Shown here in pieces: positions 1 through 8,074 of a stretch of DNA of 40,984 nucleotides. Each line of letters begins with the position of its first letter. The stretch's first letter is position 1. A program made the translations under genes and the position numbers. The notes below the pieces were generated by a model, which saw only the letters and a program-made list of their open reading frames with translations, ran no database searches and was not told the DNA's origin. Source of the stretch: a virus. The stretch is taken from positions 1 through 40,984 of the IMG/VR virus record IMGVR_UViG_3300019458_000015. One strand, written 5' to 3'.

Positions 1-123
1 ACAGCGTCATGGCCCGGCTCATCGCCGCCAGAAAGAACCTGATCAGTTGGATCAGGGTCACGCCATACCCCGAACCAGGGCCGCTGGCCACCGACCGAGA
101 GGATCTCGCCTGATGAAGATTGC
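1..123. repeat. Left copy of a 123-bp terminal direct repeat, identical to 40862..40984. Signature of a circular or circularly permuted 40,861-bp genome.
   Basis: Direct comparison shows bases 1-123 equal 40862-40984. The repeat lies inside coding sequence: the 3' end of CDS 40777..40974 and the first codons of CDS 113..1054. Confidence 0.95.
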
Positions 124-1054
124 CTACAGGCGGAACACGCTCGGGGCTGCGTCCCTGGCAATGGTCCGGACGGCGAACCAGATCATCGCCGAGTATCAGG
201 CGCTCGGCTACACCCTCACGCTCCGGCAGCTCTACTACCGGTTCGTGGCGGCGTCTCACATCCCCAACCAGGACACGGAATACAAGAGGCTGGGGGATAT
301 CATCGGCAAAGCGCGTTACTGCGGGCTGATCGACTGGGACGCCATCGAGGACCGCACCCGGAACAGCCGGGCGAACCCGCACTGGGAAACGCCCGGAGAC
401 ATCATCGACGCGGCTGCCCAGTCCTACGCCGTGGACAAGTGGGCTCGGCAGCCCCGCCGGGTCGAGGTCTGGGTGGAGAAAGAGGCGCTTGCCGGGATCG
501 TCGGGCAGGTAGCCGAAGAGATGGACGTTGCCCACCTCGCCTGCCGGGGCTACATGTCCGCTTCGGAGATGAGGGTGGCGGCGATCCGGCTTATGCGCTA
601 CCAGCGGGCCAACCAGAAGCCGGTCATCATCCATCTCGGCGACCACGACCCGAGCGGGATCGATATGACGCGGGACATCGAGGATCGGCTGGCCGAGTTC
701 CACAAGCACCACGGCTACGACGCCCCGACCGTCAACCGGATCGCTCTCAATATGGACCAGGTCCAAAGCTACAACCCGCCACCGAACCCGGCGAAGTTGA
801 CCGACAGCCGCTGCAGTTCCTACATGGACCGGTTCGGCGATGAGAGCTGGGAGCTGGACGCCTTGCCCCCCGACGACCTCGCCAACCTCATCCGTTCGAG
901 CATCGGAGACTACCTCGATGTGGATCTCTACGCCGAGGACAAGTTGACCGAGGATGAGGGCCGCGAGCAGTTGCTGGCAGCGGCGGCTCGGTGGGACGAG
1001 GTGGTTGCGGCGCTGGGCTCCCCATCTACAAGTTGCGCCGAGGAGACACAATGA
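113..1054 (+). CDS. Stand-alone Spo11/Topoisomerase VI subunit A-like protein (5Y-CAP + Toprim; Mini-A-like).
   Basis: ORF 47..1054 trimmed to the ATG at 113, which overlaps the upstream stop as TGATG. The motifs occur in Topo VIA order: TLRQLYYRFV (YY of the CAP domain), VWVEKEALAG (Toprim Glu), IIHLGDHDPSGIDM (Toprim DxDPxG). Confidence 0.6.
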   Translation: MKIAYRRNTLGAASLAMVRTANQIIAEYQALGYTLTLRQLYYRFVAASHIPNQDTEYKRLGDIIGKARYCGLIDWDAIEDRTRNSRANPHWETPGDIIDAAAQSYAVDKWARQPRRVEVWVEKEALAGIVGQVAEEMDVAHLACRGYMSASEMRVAAIRLMRYQRANQKPVIIHLGDHDPSGIDMTRDIEDRLAEFHKHHGYDAPTVNRIALNMDQVQSYNPPPNPAKLTDSRCSSYMDRFGDESWELDALPPDDLANLIRSSIGDYLDVDLYAEDKLTEDEGREQLLAAAARWDEVVAALGSPSTSCAEETQ

Positions 1055-1242
1055 GAGAGAGCCAATACCAACACCTGGTCAGCGCCAGCCAGCACCTCTG
1101 GCACTACCTGTCCGACTGCCGCGAAGGCGAGCGCATCCTGCCCGGCATCGAGAAAGCTCACGCAGCCGTGCGGCGCCAGCTCGCGAGGCTCGACAAGGAA
1201 CGCGCCGGGCTCGCGCCCTGTGCTCCAGGCAAGAAGCGATGA
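1051..1242 (+). CDS. Hypothetical 63-aa protein.
   Basis: ATG at 1051 is preceded by GAGGAGACACA and overlaps the upstream stop (ATGA). Third-codon-position GC is high. Confidence 0.5.
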   Translation: MRESQYQHLVSASQHLWHYLSDCREGERILPGIEKAHAAVRRQLARLDKERAGLAPCAPGKKR

Positions 1243-1334
1243 CGGGCGGCGATGAAGCAGATCAGCCAGAGCCAGACGGCCACCAGCAGGATCACGCACC
1301 ACACCGTCAGCCAGCGCTCGGTATCGTCGGTCAT
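1158..1334 (-). CDS. Small single-pass membrane protein (58 aa), possibly holin-like or an exclusion protein.
   Basis: ATG at 1334 overlaps the stop of the upstream TPR-like gene (ATGA). A strong hydrophobic helix WLTVWCVILLVAVWLWLICFIAA is present. The first 30 codons have very high GC3. The 3' tail overlaps convergent CDS 1051..1242. Confidence 0.4.
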   Translation of the reverse strand: MTDDTERWLTVWCVILLVAVWLWLICFIAARHRFLPGAQGASPARSLSSLASWRRTAA

Positions 1335-1726
1335 TGCTTCCGGCTCTCCTCGACTTCCGCCTGGGTGAGGCCACGCTCGGTCATTTGGGCTCCTTGATGG
1401 CGAAGAGTTCGAATTTGGTCTAGAAGGGACCATAGTTCTTCGCGCAACTCGGGCGGTGGGTTGCCAGTAAGCGCCATGTGAGCGAGCCTTTCGGCTTCGG
1501 CCGAGTCCCCGATATCAAGGGCGAGGTTGGCGGCACTCCGATACAAGATCGTTCGGGTGGGCTCAAACTCAGGTTTCCCTCTGAATACCTCCGCAGCGGT
1601 CCTCTCTAATAGGAACGCCTCGTAGAAATACTTGTGGGCAACGTCGCGATCACCTCGCTTTCGGGCAAGAAGGGCGAGGTCCGTCAATTCCATCGCCTTG
1701 TTATGACGAGACTGAGCACTTGCCAT
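1331..1726 (-). CDS. TPR-like helical repeat protein (131 aa).
   Basis: Complete ORF with paired amphipathic helices (AHKYFYEAFLLE, ILYRSAANLALDIG, AERLAHMAL). Its 5' half has visibly lower GC than the rest of the genome. Confidence 0.5.
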   Translation of the reverse strand: MASAQSRHNKAMELTDLALLARKRGDRDVAHKYFYEAFLLERTAAEVFRGKPEFEPTRTILYRSAANLALDIGDSAEAERLAHMALTGNPPPELREELWSLLDQIRTLRHQGAQMTERGLTQAEVEESRKQ

Positions 1727-1727
1727 G

Positions 1728-2195
1728 TCAGTTCTGATGCTCCAGGCTGGCGATCCTGTCCTTGAGTTCCGCGATCTGCTCCCCGTTGTGGACGACGTCG
1801 CGCTGGAGCCCGGCCAATTCCACGCGGCACAAGAGGTGTTCCTCGTTGAACCGCTTGACCTCGGCGAGACGCTCTTTCTCCACTGTCTCTAGCTGCCCCC
1901 GCAGCCTGTCGATCGTGGAGCGGTAGTGCTCGCGGATCTTCTCCTCTCGTTGCTCCTCGACCGCGTCCTGGGCGGCCTGGCGGCGGTCCAGCTCGTCCTG
2001 CCTGGCGTCGAATTGGGCGGTGATGGCGAGCACCTCGGCCGCGCTGGGATTGGGCGGGAGTTGATTGGAGAGCCTATCCTGCCGCCGCTCGCGGTCCAGG
2101 CGGTCACGACGCCTCGTCCACCAGGTGAATCCGTGCCGGATAGCCCACTGCAGGCCGAGGGCTGTGGCGATCGCGGCGAATGTCGGGCCATCCAT
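1728..2195 (-). CDS. N-terminal hydrophobic segment plus charged coiled-coil protein (155 aa).
   Basis: Complete ORF. The N-terminus is FAAIATALGLQWAIRHGFTWW, followed by an R/E/Q-rich heptad-like region. It follows a 185-bp intergenic gap. Confidence 0.55.
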   Translation of the reverse strand: MDGPTFAAIATALGLQWAIRHGFTWWTRRRDRLDRERRQDRLSNQLPPNPSAAEVLAITAQFDARQDELDRRQAAQDAVEEQREEKIREHYRSTIDRLRGQLETVEKERLAEVKRFNEEHLLCRVELAGLQRDVVHNGEQIAELKDRIASLEHQN

Positions 2196-2201
2196 AACGC
2201 G

Positions 2202-2207
2202 ATTGTA
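2202..2207 (-). promoter_or_regulatory. TACAAT 6 nt upstream of the ATG at 2195, giving a possible leaderless transcript of the accessory cassette.
   Basis: The - strand reads GAGGGATACAATCGCGTTATG. Confidence 0.25.
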
Positions 2208-2220
2208 TCCCTCTGCGCAG

Positions 2221-2329
2221 CGGCCCCGGCCGCTCGGTTAGGGGCTCCGAGGCCAGGTGGCCGGGGGCTGCGCTGCCGGGTGGGCGGACCGGGTTAAGGG
2301 CCCCTGCATTGCCTGCCCCGCCCGACACC
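2221..2329 (+). repeat. Diverged copy (E0) of the two-hairpin intergenic element. It is in + orientation inside a - strand gene region.
   Basis: The blocks GGCCCCGGCCG, GGCCGGGGGCTGCGCTGCCGGG, TGGGCGGACCGGGT and CCCCGCCCGACACC are collinear with E2/E5. It lacks AGGAG. Confidence 0.5.
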
Positions 2330-2380
2330 TAATAATTCTATCTCCGGCCGGGGACGGCGACGCCTGCTGGAGACGGAAGG

Positions 2381-2965
2381 TCACGCATCCTGTCGGAACT
2401 CCCCAGCTCGCAGCCGGTCGAGGATCTCATGCTGCGGGTCGTCGGCCGCGAGGGGCCGCTCGCACATCTCCGCGTACTCCGGGTCGGCCTGGCGGGCGTC
2501 GGTCGCTCGCTGCTGGATATCGTGCACCCAGCCGCCCACCGAGACGCACCCCTCATCCTCGATCGCGGCCATCCGCGTGAGCCAGCCTGGGTCGTTGGCC
2601 AGCCTGTCGGCCAGCCGGCCCAGCGCCGCCTTGAGGTCGACCTGGCGCTCCGGCAGCGGGCCGTCCCACTCCTCGCCGGTGCGCAGATCCTCGACACAGG
2701 CATATGCCTCGCCCGATGGCCGGATGCTGACCTCAATGTCGAACCCTCCGGTGTGCCATTCTAGCTGCACCCCACCGCACGACGTCGGCACCACCTGCGG
2801 TGCGGGGGCATCCGGCCGCATCACCAGGCAGAGCAGTTCCATCGCATGGCGCACGGCCTCGGGCTGGATCGGCAGCGCCCCGTAGGAGTTCCAGTCGGCC
2901 TTGAGGTCCAGCAGCTCACTCAGCGCCTCCCTGGTAGGCTGCATCCAGCGAGACTGGCAGCTCAT
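2381..2965 (-). CDS. Hypothetical protein (194 aa).
   Basis: Complete ORF. Its start overlaps the portal stop (ATGA). Confidence 0.6.
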   Translation of the reverse strand: MSCQSRWMQPTREALSELLDLKADWNSYGALPIQPEAVRHAMELLCLVMRPDAPAPQVVPTSCGGVQLEWHTGGFDIEVSIRPSGEAYACVEDLRTGEEWDGPLPERQVDLKAALGRLADRLANDPGWLTRMAAIEDEGCVSVGGWVHDIQQRATDARQADPEYAEMCERPLAADDPQHEILDRLRAGEFRQDA

Positions 2966-4875
2966 CTCCTCTGCGACGTCCTCGCCGTGGGCCGACCGCC
3001 TGACGCCTGCTGCGGAGCAGCGCGTTGTAACGTGGATTGGACCCGCGCCAGACGCTCCAGGTTCTCCAGGTCGCTCCGGCTGTCGACGTCATCCTGGCTC
3101 GGCATCGGCGCCGGTTCGGGCTCGCCTGGCTGCAGCGCCGCCTGCTGATCCGCCATCATCGCCTCTTGTTCGGCGGCGGCCACCTGGTCGGCCTGGATCT
3201 GCGGCAGCGCCTTCTGGATGGCGTCCAGCAGCCACTGCTCGTTCATCTCGCGGAAAAACTCCATCTGGAGCGGCAGCGGCAAGTTGAAGATGCCCGAGGC
3301 CATGTAGTCCATCAGCCTCTGCCGCTTGGCGCTGTCGGTGTCGTTGACACTGTCCGCCAGGTCGACGACCACGTCCCGGTCGCCGATGTCGGCGCCCATG
3401 ATCGCCATCACCTGCTGCGCCCGGTCGCGCCCGAACGTCGAGATCAGCCTGGGCTCACGGTAGAGCTGAACTATGTTGACTAGCGCGTGCCTGGCAACGC
3501 GTTCCAGCGCGGCCCGGCCGAGCATCGCCGGCACGTGGAGCCTACTGTCGTCCTGGTCCTGCAGCAGCCCGATGGCGATGCCCGAGCGGACCCCGGTCGG
3601 CACCTGCGCGTTGCTCACCTCGTGCTGCCCCACCACCTGCTGCATCGCAGCCCGCATCATATCGGGCATTCCGATCACCTGTGCCGGGAGCGGCGGCGGC
3701 GTGAACACCTCGGGCTTGTAGGGGTAGTTGTAAGGGATGCGGATGTCCGGGGACGTGCCGATCTCATCCGCGTTGACCCCACTGGCGTTGGGAACCAGCC
3801 AGCCCAGGTTGCCGTGCAGCCGCACGTTGTTGGCGATGCTCGACTGGCTGCGGTTAAGCTCGCGCTGGAAGTCGATCACCATCTCAACCAGCCCCGTCGG
3901 CCACATCCGGTGCGGAACCAGGCGCCACGGGCTCATCGTCACCGGGATCTCGCCGTGGGGGTCCGGGAGCTGGCCGGACTCCCACAGCACGATCCGCTGT
4001 GACGTGATCGCCATCCGGCCCTTGGGCATCCGCTTCGACGGCCGCTCATACTGAAAGAGCAAGGTCGCACACCCCTCGTCGAGCGGAGGGCTGCCACTGT
4101 CGCGGCCGGGGATGAGGTAGCCGAGCGCATCCTCGGACCGCGCGCTGTCGGGCTTCACCTGCCGCCCCACGGCGCCGAACATATCCCGTATCCACCCGAG
4201 GCTGTGCCTGCTCGCGATGATGACCCAGGACGCGTCATCGTAGTCATCCACCGGCTCCGGGAACGTCTGCAGAGGCGTCAGCACGCGGGCGCACTGGTCT
4301 CCCACCGGCGCCAGCATCGCCGTGGGCATTCCAGTGGTCGGGTCCAGCGACGGGACGCGACGCATAATCGACGGGTCCCAGTAGTCGTGGTAGAACGCGC
4401 ACCCGAACACCCCCCGGCTCACATCGGCGAAGTATTCTTTACGCTCCATCTTGTCGAGCTTCCACCAGTGCTCCAGGGTGGCGCTCCCCAGGTTGGCGGC
4501 GTCCATATCCTCCGGCTCGCTCGTGTTCGCCAGGCAGCGCGGCATCGACCGGGTCCGCGAGAGTTTCGCCGCCATCGTGTCGATGTAGCCGGTAACCTGG
4601 TTGTCGGTCAGCCGGGTGCGCCAGCTCGGGATACGGTCCTGGTCGACCAGGCGCTTGGCGGCAGGGTCCCACCGCCGCCACTGCTCACCGACGTAGAACG
4701 CCAGGCAGGTCGCCCAGGTGCGCAGCATCGGCTGCTTGCTGGCCCTCGACCACTCATATCGCTTCTGGACCAGGTCCGCGAGCGACCCCTCGCCTACAGC
4801 GTCAGGCGGCTCGCTCCGGCTGGTGGTCGTCGGCATACTCGTCCTCGAAGGCGCCGCGCTCGTGGATACGCGCAT
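2962..4875 (-). CDS. Portal protein (putative).
   Basis: A 637-aa ORF downstream of the large terminase in the same operon, with size and position typical of a portal. An alternative start at Met14 (4836) has the better-spaced GAGGA. Confidence 0.65.
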   Translation of the reverse strand: MRVSTSAAPSRTSMPTTTSRSEPPDAVGEGSLADLVQKRYEWSRASKQPMLRTWATCLAFYVGEQWRRWDPAAKRLVDQDRIPSWRTRLTDNQVTGYIDTMAAKLSRTRSMPRCLANTSEPEDMDAANLGSATLEHWWKLDKMERKEYFADVSRGVFGCAFYHDYWDPSIMRRVPSLDPTTGMPTAMLAPVGDQCARVLTPLQTFPEPVDDYDDASWVIIASRHSLGWIRDMFGAVGRQVKPDSARSEDALGYLIPGRDSGSPPLDEGCATLLFQYERPSKRMPKGRMAITSQRIVLWESGQLPDPHGEIPVTMSPWRLVPHRMWPTGLVEMVIDFQRELNRSQSSIANNVRLHGNLGWLVPNASGVNADEIGTSPDIRIPYNYPYKPEVFTPPPLPAQVIGMPDMMRAAMQQVVGQHEVSNAQVPTGVRSGIAIGLLQDQDDSRLHVPAMLGRAALERVARHALVNIVQLYREPRLISTFGRDRAQQVMAIMGADIGDRDVVVDLADSVNDTDSAKRQRLMDYMASGIFNLPLPLQMEFFREMNEQWLLDAIQKALPQIQADQVAAAEQEAMMADQQAALQPGEPEPAPMPSQDDVDSRSDLENLERLARVQSTLQRAAPQQASGGRPTARTSQRR

Positions 4876-4893
4876 ACTCCGCCTCTTCGTCCA

Positions 4894-5172
4894 TTATGGT
4901 CGGCACCTGGGGCACGGTGTCCTCGTCTCTCTGGCGTGGAGCAGCCTGGCTAGCTCCAGCGCCGTCTCGCCGTCGATGACCCCGCCGATGAGATCGACGA
5001 GGCCAGTGCTCCAGACCTCCATCGTCAGGCTCATCGTGTCCCCTCGCTCCAGCCTGGCCAGAAGTGGCTGAGTCGGGAACCTGCAGCGCGAGCAGCTATC
5101 AGGCGTGGTGTCGGTCCAGCCCAGGCGCAGCAGTTCCGCGTGCAGAGCCCTACCGGCGTCCTCTGTGGTCAT
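4894..5172 (-). CDS. Small CxxC...CxxC protein (92 aa).
   Basis: Complete ORF with an ATGA overlap to the upstream gene. Contains CSRC and CPRC pairs. Confidence 0.5.
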   Translation of the reverse strand: MTTEDAGRALHAELLRLGWTDTTPDSCSRCRFPTQPLLARLERGDTMSLTMEVWSTGLVDLIGGVIDGETALELARLLHARETRTPCPRCRP

Positions 5173-5555
5173 TCTGCTCGCTCGCTGAAACGGGCAGCGG
5201 TGCCGTCAAGGACGCTCGCGGTCCAGCGGACCATCTGTTCCTTGAGCTGGGTGCCTGGCCGCTCGTCCGTTTCGTAGATGATCTCCTGGGCGATGTGGTC
5301 GTCGACGCCAAGGTGTCGCGCGAATACCTCCATGTCGAATGGGTCCGCGCCGACCTGGCCGCCTTCCTCCACGCTCATGTGCAGCTCCGTGGTCAGACCC
5401 CGGAGCTTCTCGACGGCGTCCTCTCGCGACAGTCCCTGCTCCATCTCCCGGTGGACGTAGAGCGCCCCGAGCGTGCAGACGCAGCCCTCGGCGTCAACGA
5501 CGGCGTCCTGGATGATCCGGTCTTCCTGCTCGATGGCATCACGCAGCTCGATCAT
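5169..5555 (-). CDS. Hypothetical acidic protein (128 aa).
   Basis: Complete ORF with ATGA overlaps at both ends. Confidence 0.6.
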   Translation of the reverse strand: MIELRDAIEQEDRIIQDAVVDAEGCVCTLGALYVHREMEQGLSREDAVEKLRGLTTELHMSVEEGGQVGADPFDMEVFARHLGVDDHIAQEIIYETDERPGTQLKEQMVRWTASVLDGTAARFSERAE

Positions 5556-5812
5556 GTGGTCTCTCCCTCTGTGGGGCAGGGATTCTCCGCGAGCCAGCCC
5601 ACGAATTCATCGACTAGCCCCACTCGATACTCCGGGAGTGCCTGTAGATGCCTCTCTCCTCGCTTGATGTCGTCGATCCGGCGCAGCACCGCGTCTCTCC
5701 ACGCATCCCGGCGGAAACGGAGGGCCTCGACGCGTTTCTCGTCCACTCGCCGTGCCAGGCGGAGGACCAGGTCCGAGAACTCCGCGTCAGTGAGCGGGCT
5801 ATCGGCCGACAT
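5552..5812 (-). CDS. Hypothetical protein (86 aa).
   Basis: Complete ORF. Its start is overlapped by a 20-codon mini-ORF that carries the only strong SD in the region (see findings). Confidence 0.5.
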   Translation of the reverse strand: MSADSPLTDAEFSDLVLRLARRVDEKRVEALRFRRDAWRDAVLRRIDDIKRGERHLQALPEYRVGLVDEFVGWLAENPCPTEGETT

Positions 5813-5878
5813 AGTTCCTGATCGACCCGATGATGAGTCGCTCGCGCTGTCGTGTGGTCATGCTTCCTCCTGGTCCCG

Positions 5879-7375
5879 TCACTCATACCCGTGCTTGGAT
5901 TGCTGGAACCGCTCGTAGGCACGCGTTGCTGCACGTGCGGCTCGGGGGCTCTCGACCGGCTTCTCACGGAGTGCGACATCGTCCTCATTGAAATAGTATC
6001 GCGTTACGTCCATACAGTGGTTGTCCGCATCGCTCGGATGCTCCGGCGCAGCATTCTCCAGCCCGGCCAGGCCAGAGCGCTGGACCTTGTAGCTCCAGTT
6101 CTCCGCCTCCCACAGCCAGGACTTGCAGTGGTCGCAGATCATCAGCCGGTCCGCCGCGAGCGCCCTTTTGACACGCAGCGCACCGGGATCGCCATTATTT
6201 CCGGGCCGGGGGACGAACCAGGATGCGCCAATTGATAGCGCAGCGAGCGTGAACTCTTCGGCGTCCGATGGTGTCTCTTGCCCGACCGATGTGTTGTGCA
6301 GATTGAACGCGGCCGGGTCCATTATTACGTCAACGTCTGGCCCGCCGAGCATCTGCCACTGTGCGTGGAGCATCTGAATATGCTGCTCGGGACGCCACAA
6401 CGCGCGATAGTGCTCGTCGACGAGGTAGGAGATGCTCTCCCGGTCGCGGGCGAACCAGAGAGCGGCCGTCGGATTGCGATACCCAGGGTCGATCATCAAT
6501 CGCCAGCGCCAGTCGAGCGGCGGCGCGAACGGCGCGATGATGTGGCGGTCGTAATCTAGCTCGGAGAGCACCAGTCCGGACAGCTCCGCCATCTCGCCTT
6601 CGAGGCGGACCCGACGCTCTTCGCTCGTATACTCGGACGCCATCATATCGAGCGCGCCCTCTGGCAAAAACGCGTTGTCAACCGAGCGCAATTTGAAGGT
6701 CTCGATGGCAGCGTCGGGGTCGCGCCTCTTGCGTAATAGAGTACGGGCGACCTGGGACCGACCCTCCAGCGATAGGATCGGGGTGAAAGTCATCATCCAC
6801 GTCCCGCGCACGTCGGCCAGGCGGGCCAAACAGCTCGACCAGGTGAGGTAGCGCGTCGGCTCCTCGTCACACCAGATGTGGTCAACCTGGTGGCTCTCAA
6901 AAGCGAGCGGGTCCTGGTCGTACGATTTGAATACGACGCGGCAGCCGTTGCGCAGGCAGAGCGTCCGCGACGCCATCGAGTAGCTGCGGGACCAGCTCCC
7001 GCCGATCAAATTGGACCGAGGCATGAACCGCTTGATGGCCTCCAATTGAACGTGCGGCCTCGTAGGTTCGCCTGGTTTGCTCACCTGGCCCGAGGCGTCC
7101 GGCAGCTCCTGCGACAGGCACCAGATCAGCCTCGCCCGCCGGAAGCGACCCGGCTCGCGGTGGGCGGCGATCATACAGCAACGCACTGCCCCAGCCACCG
7201 TTTTGCCGGAGCGGTTGCCGCCTCGGATGATGACGCCGGGCTTGCGACACAGCACAGCGCGCTGCTGCGCCCTGTTGGCGGGCGACCACCAGGCCAGCGG
7301 GTCCTCGACGGCCCTCTGCTGGATCTCGCCGAGCAGGATCAGGCGGCGCTGCTCCTGCTGCTGCGCCGCGCTCAT
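5879..7375 (-). CDS. terL: Terminase large subunit.
   Basis: Walker A GGNRSGKT, Walker B-like HIWCDEEP, and C-terminal nuclease-type motifs MIDPGYRNP and DADNHCMDVTRYY. 498 aa, directly after a small HTH protein. Confidence 0.9.
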   Translation of the reverse strand: MSAAQQQEQRRLILLGEIQQRAVEDPLAWWSPANRAQQRAVLCRKPGVIIRGGNRSGKTVAGAVRCCMIAAHREPGRFRRARLIWCLSQELPDASGQVSKPGEPTRPHVQLEAIKRFMPRSNLIGGSWSRSYSMASRTLCLRNGCRVVFKSYDQDPLAFESHQVDHIWCDEEPTRYLTWSSCLARLADVRGTWMMTFTPILSLEGRSQVARTLLRKRRDPDAAIETFKLRSVDNAFLPEGALDMMASEYTSEERRVRLEGEMAELSGLVLSELDYDRHIIAPFAPPLDWRWRLMIDPGYRNPTAALWFARDRESISYLVDEHYRALWRPEQHIQMLHAQWQMLGGPDVDVIMDPAAFNLHNTSVGQETPSDAEEFTLAALSIGASWFVPRPGNNGDPGALRVKRALAADRLMICDHCKSWLWEAENWSYKVQRSGLAGLENAAPEHPSDADNHCMDVTRYYFNEDDVALREKPVESPRAARAATRAYERFQQSKHGYE

Positions 7376-8011
7376 CTAGGCGTCCTCGCTCTCCTGCGCC
7401 AGGCCCTGCAGCACCTCGGCAAACTCGACGTCCGGGATGTCGTCAGGGTCGCGTAGAGGCAGCGGTGGTAGCTGGACCTCGACGCCCAGGCTGCGCAGCT
7501 CCGTGACCAGGTCGCCATCGCTCATCGTGGCTCGCTCGGCGGGCTCGCTGTCCTCGACGCCGACGTAGGAGAGGATGCGGGCAGCGGTCTCGCGGGTCTC
7601 TCGGACCCAACTAGGGGTTTGTTTCTCTTCCAACATTTTGACGGCAATTCGCAGCGCTTTATAGAGCGCGTCGAGCGCCTCAGGGACTGTTTTTGCCGTT
7701 TGCTCCTGGACATACAGGCGAGCGGTCTCGGCGCGGATAGCGCGGATCTCGTGCAGCCACCGGTAGATGGTGGCGCGACTGACGCCGTATCGGCGCGCCA
7801 TATCCTCCGCACGGAGGCTGCGTCCGGCCCGCCAGTCGGCGGAAACCAATTTTCGAAACTCCGCCATCGACAGGGCGCGGGGCCGACCACTGGCGAGCGG
7901 CGAGAGTGGGCGGATCGCCGCCCAGCCATCGTCATCGTCCTCTAGGGGGCTGACCACGGGCGAGAGATAGGGGTCGCGCTGGGGCACGTAGGTCTCATCC
8001 ATCTCATCCAT
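7376..8011 (-). CDS. Terminase small subunit-like HTH DNA-binding protein.
   Basis: Immediately upstream of terL (TAG then ATG). Helix-turn-helix RRYGVSRATIYRWLHEI. Acidic N- and C-termini. Confidence 0.55.
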   Translation of the reverse strand: MDEMDETYVPQRDPYLSPVVSPLEDDDDGWAAIRPLSPLASGRPRALSMAEFRKLVSADWRAGRSLRAEDMARRYGVSRATIYRWLHEIRAIRAETARLYVQEQTAKTVPEALDALYKALRIAVKMLEEKQTPSWVRETRETAARILSYVGVEDSEPAERATMSDGDLVTELRSLGVEVQLPPLPLRDPDDIPDVEFAEVLQGLAQESEDA

Positions 8012-8019
8012 ACCCCAGG

Positions 8020-8028
8020 ATTATCCCA
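8020..8028 (-). promoter_or_regulatory. Extended -10-like element (TGgGATAAT) 8 nt upstream of the terS-like ATG. Implies a leaderless or near-leaderless start.
   Basis: The - strand reads TTTGGGATAATCCTGGGGTATG. There is no good -35. Confidence 0.3.
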
Positions 8029-8074
8029 AATCCGGTCGCGGTGGGCGACGACGTTGTCAGGAGCCTGGTCAGGC

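Noticed and set aside
47-112. N-terminal extensions offered by the ORF track. Examples are TTG at 47 for the Topo VIA-like gene, 8301 for the acidic early gene, 12133, 13026, 14492, 15388, 15648, 17549, 28404 and 35530.
   Set aside because: The extensions are Arg/Pro-rich. They run through upstream genes or through the structured repeats. Internal ATG/GTG codons with AGGAG-type sites or ATGA-type coupling are better starts.
1-123. The terminal repeat as a physical T7-like direct terminal repeat.
   Set aside because: The repeat lies within coding sequence and across a coupled gene junction, with no flanking non-coding terminus features. A circular-assembly overlap is the simpler explanation. 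This cannot be settled without read data.
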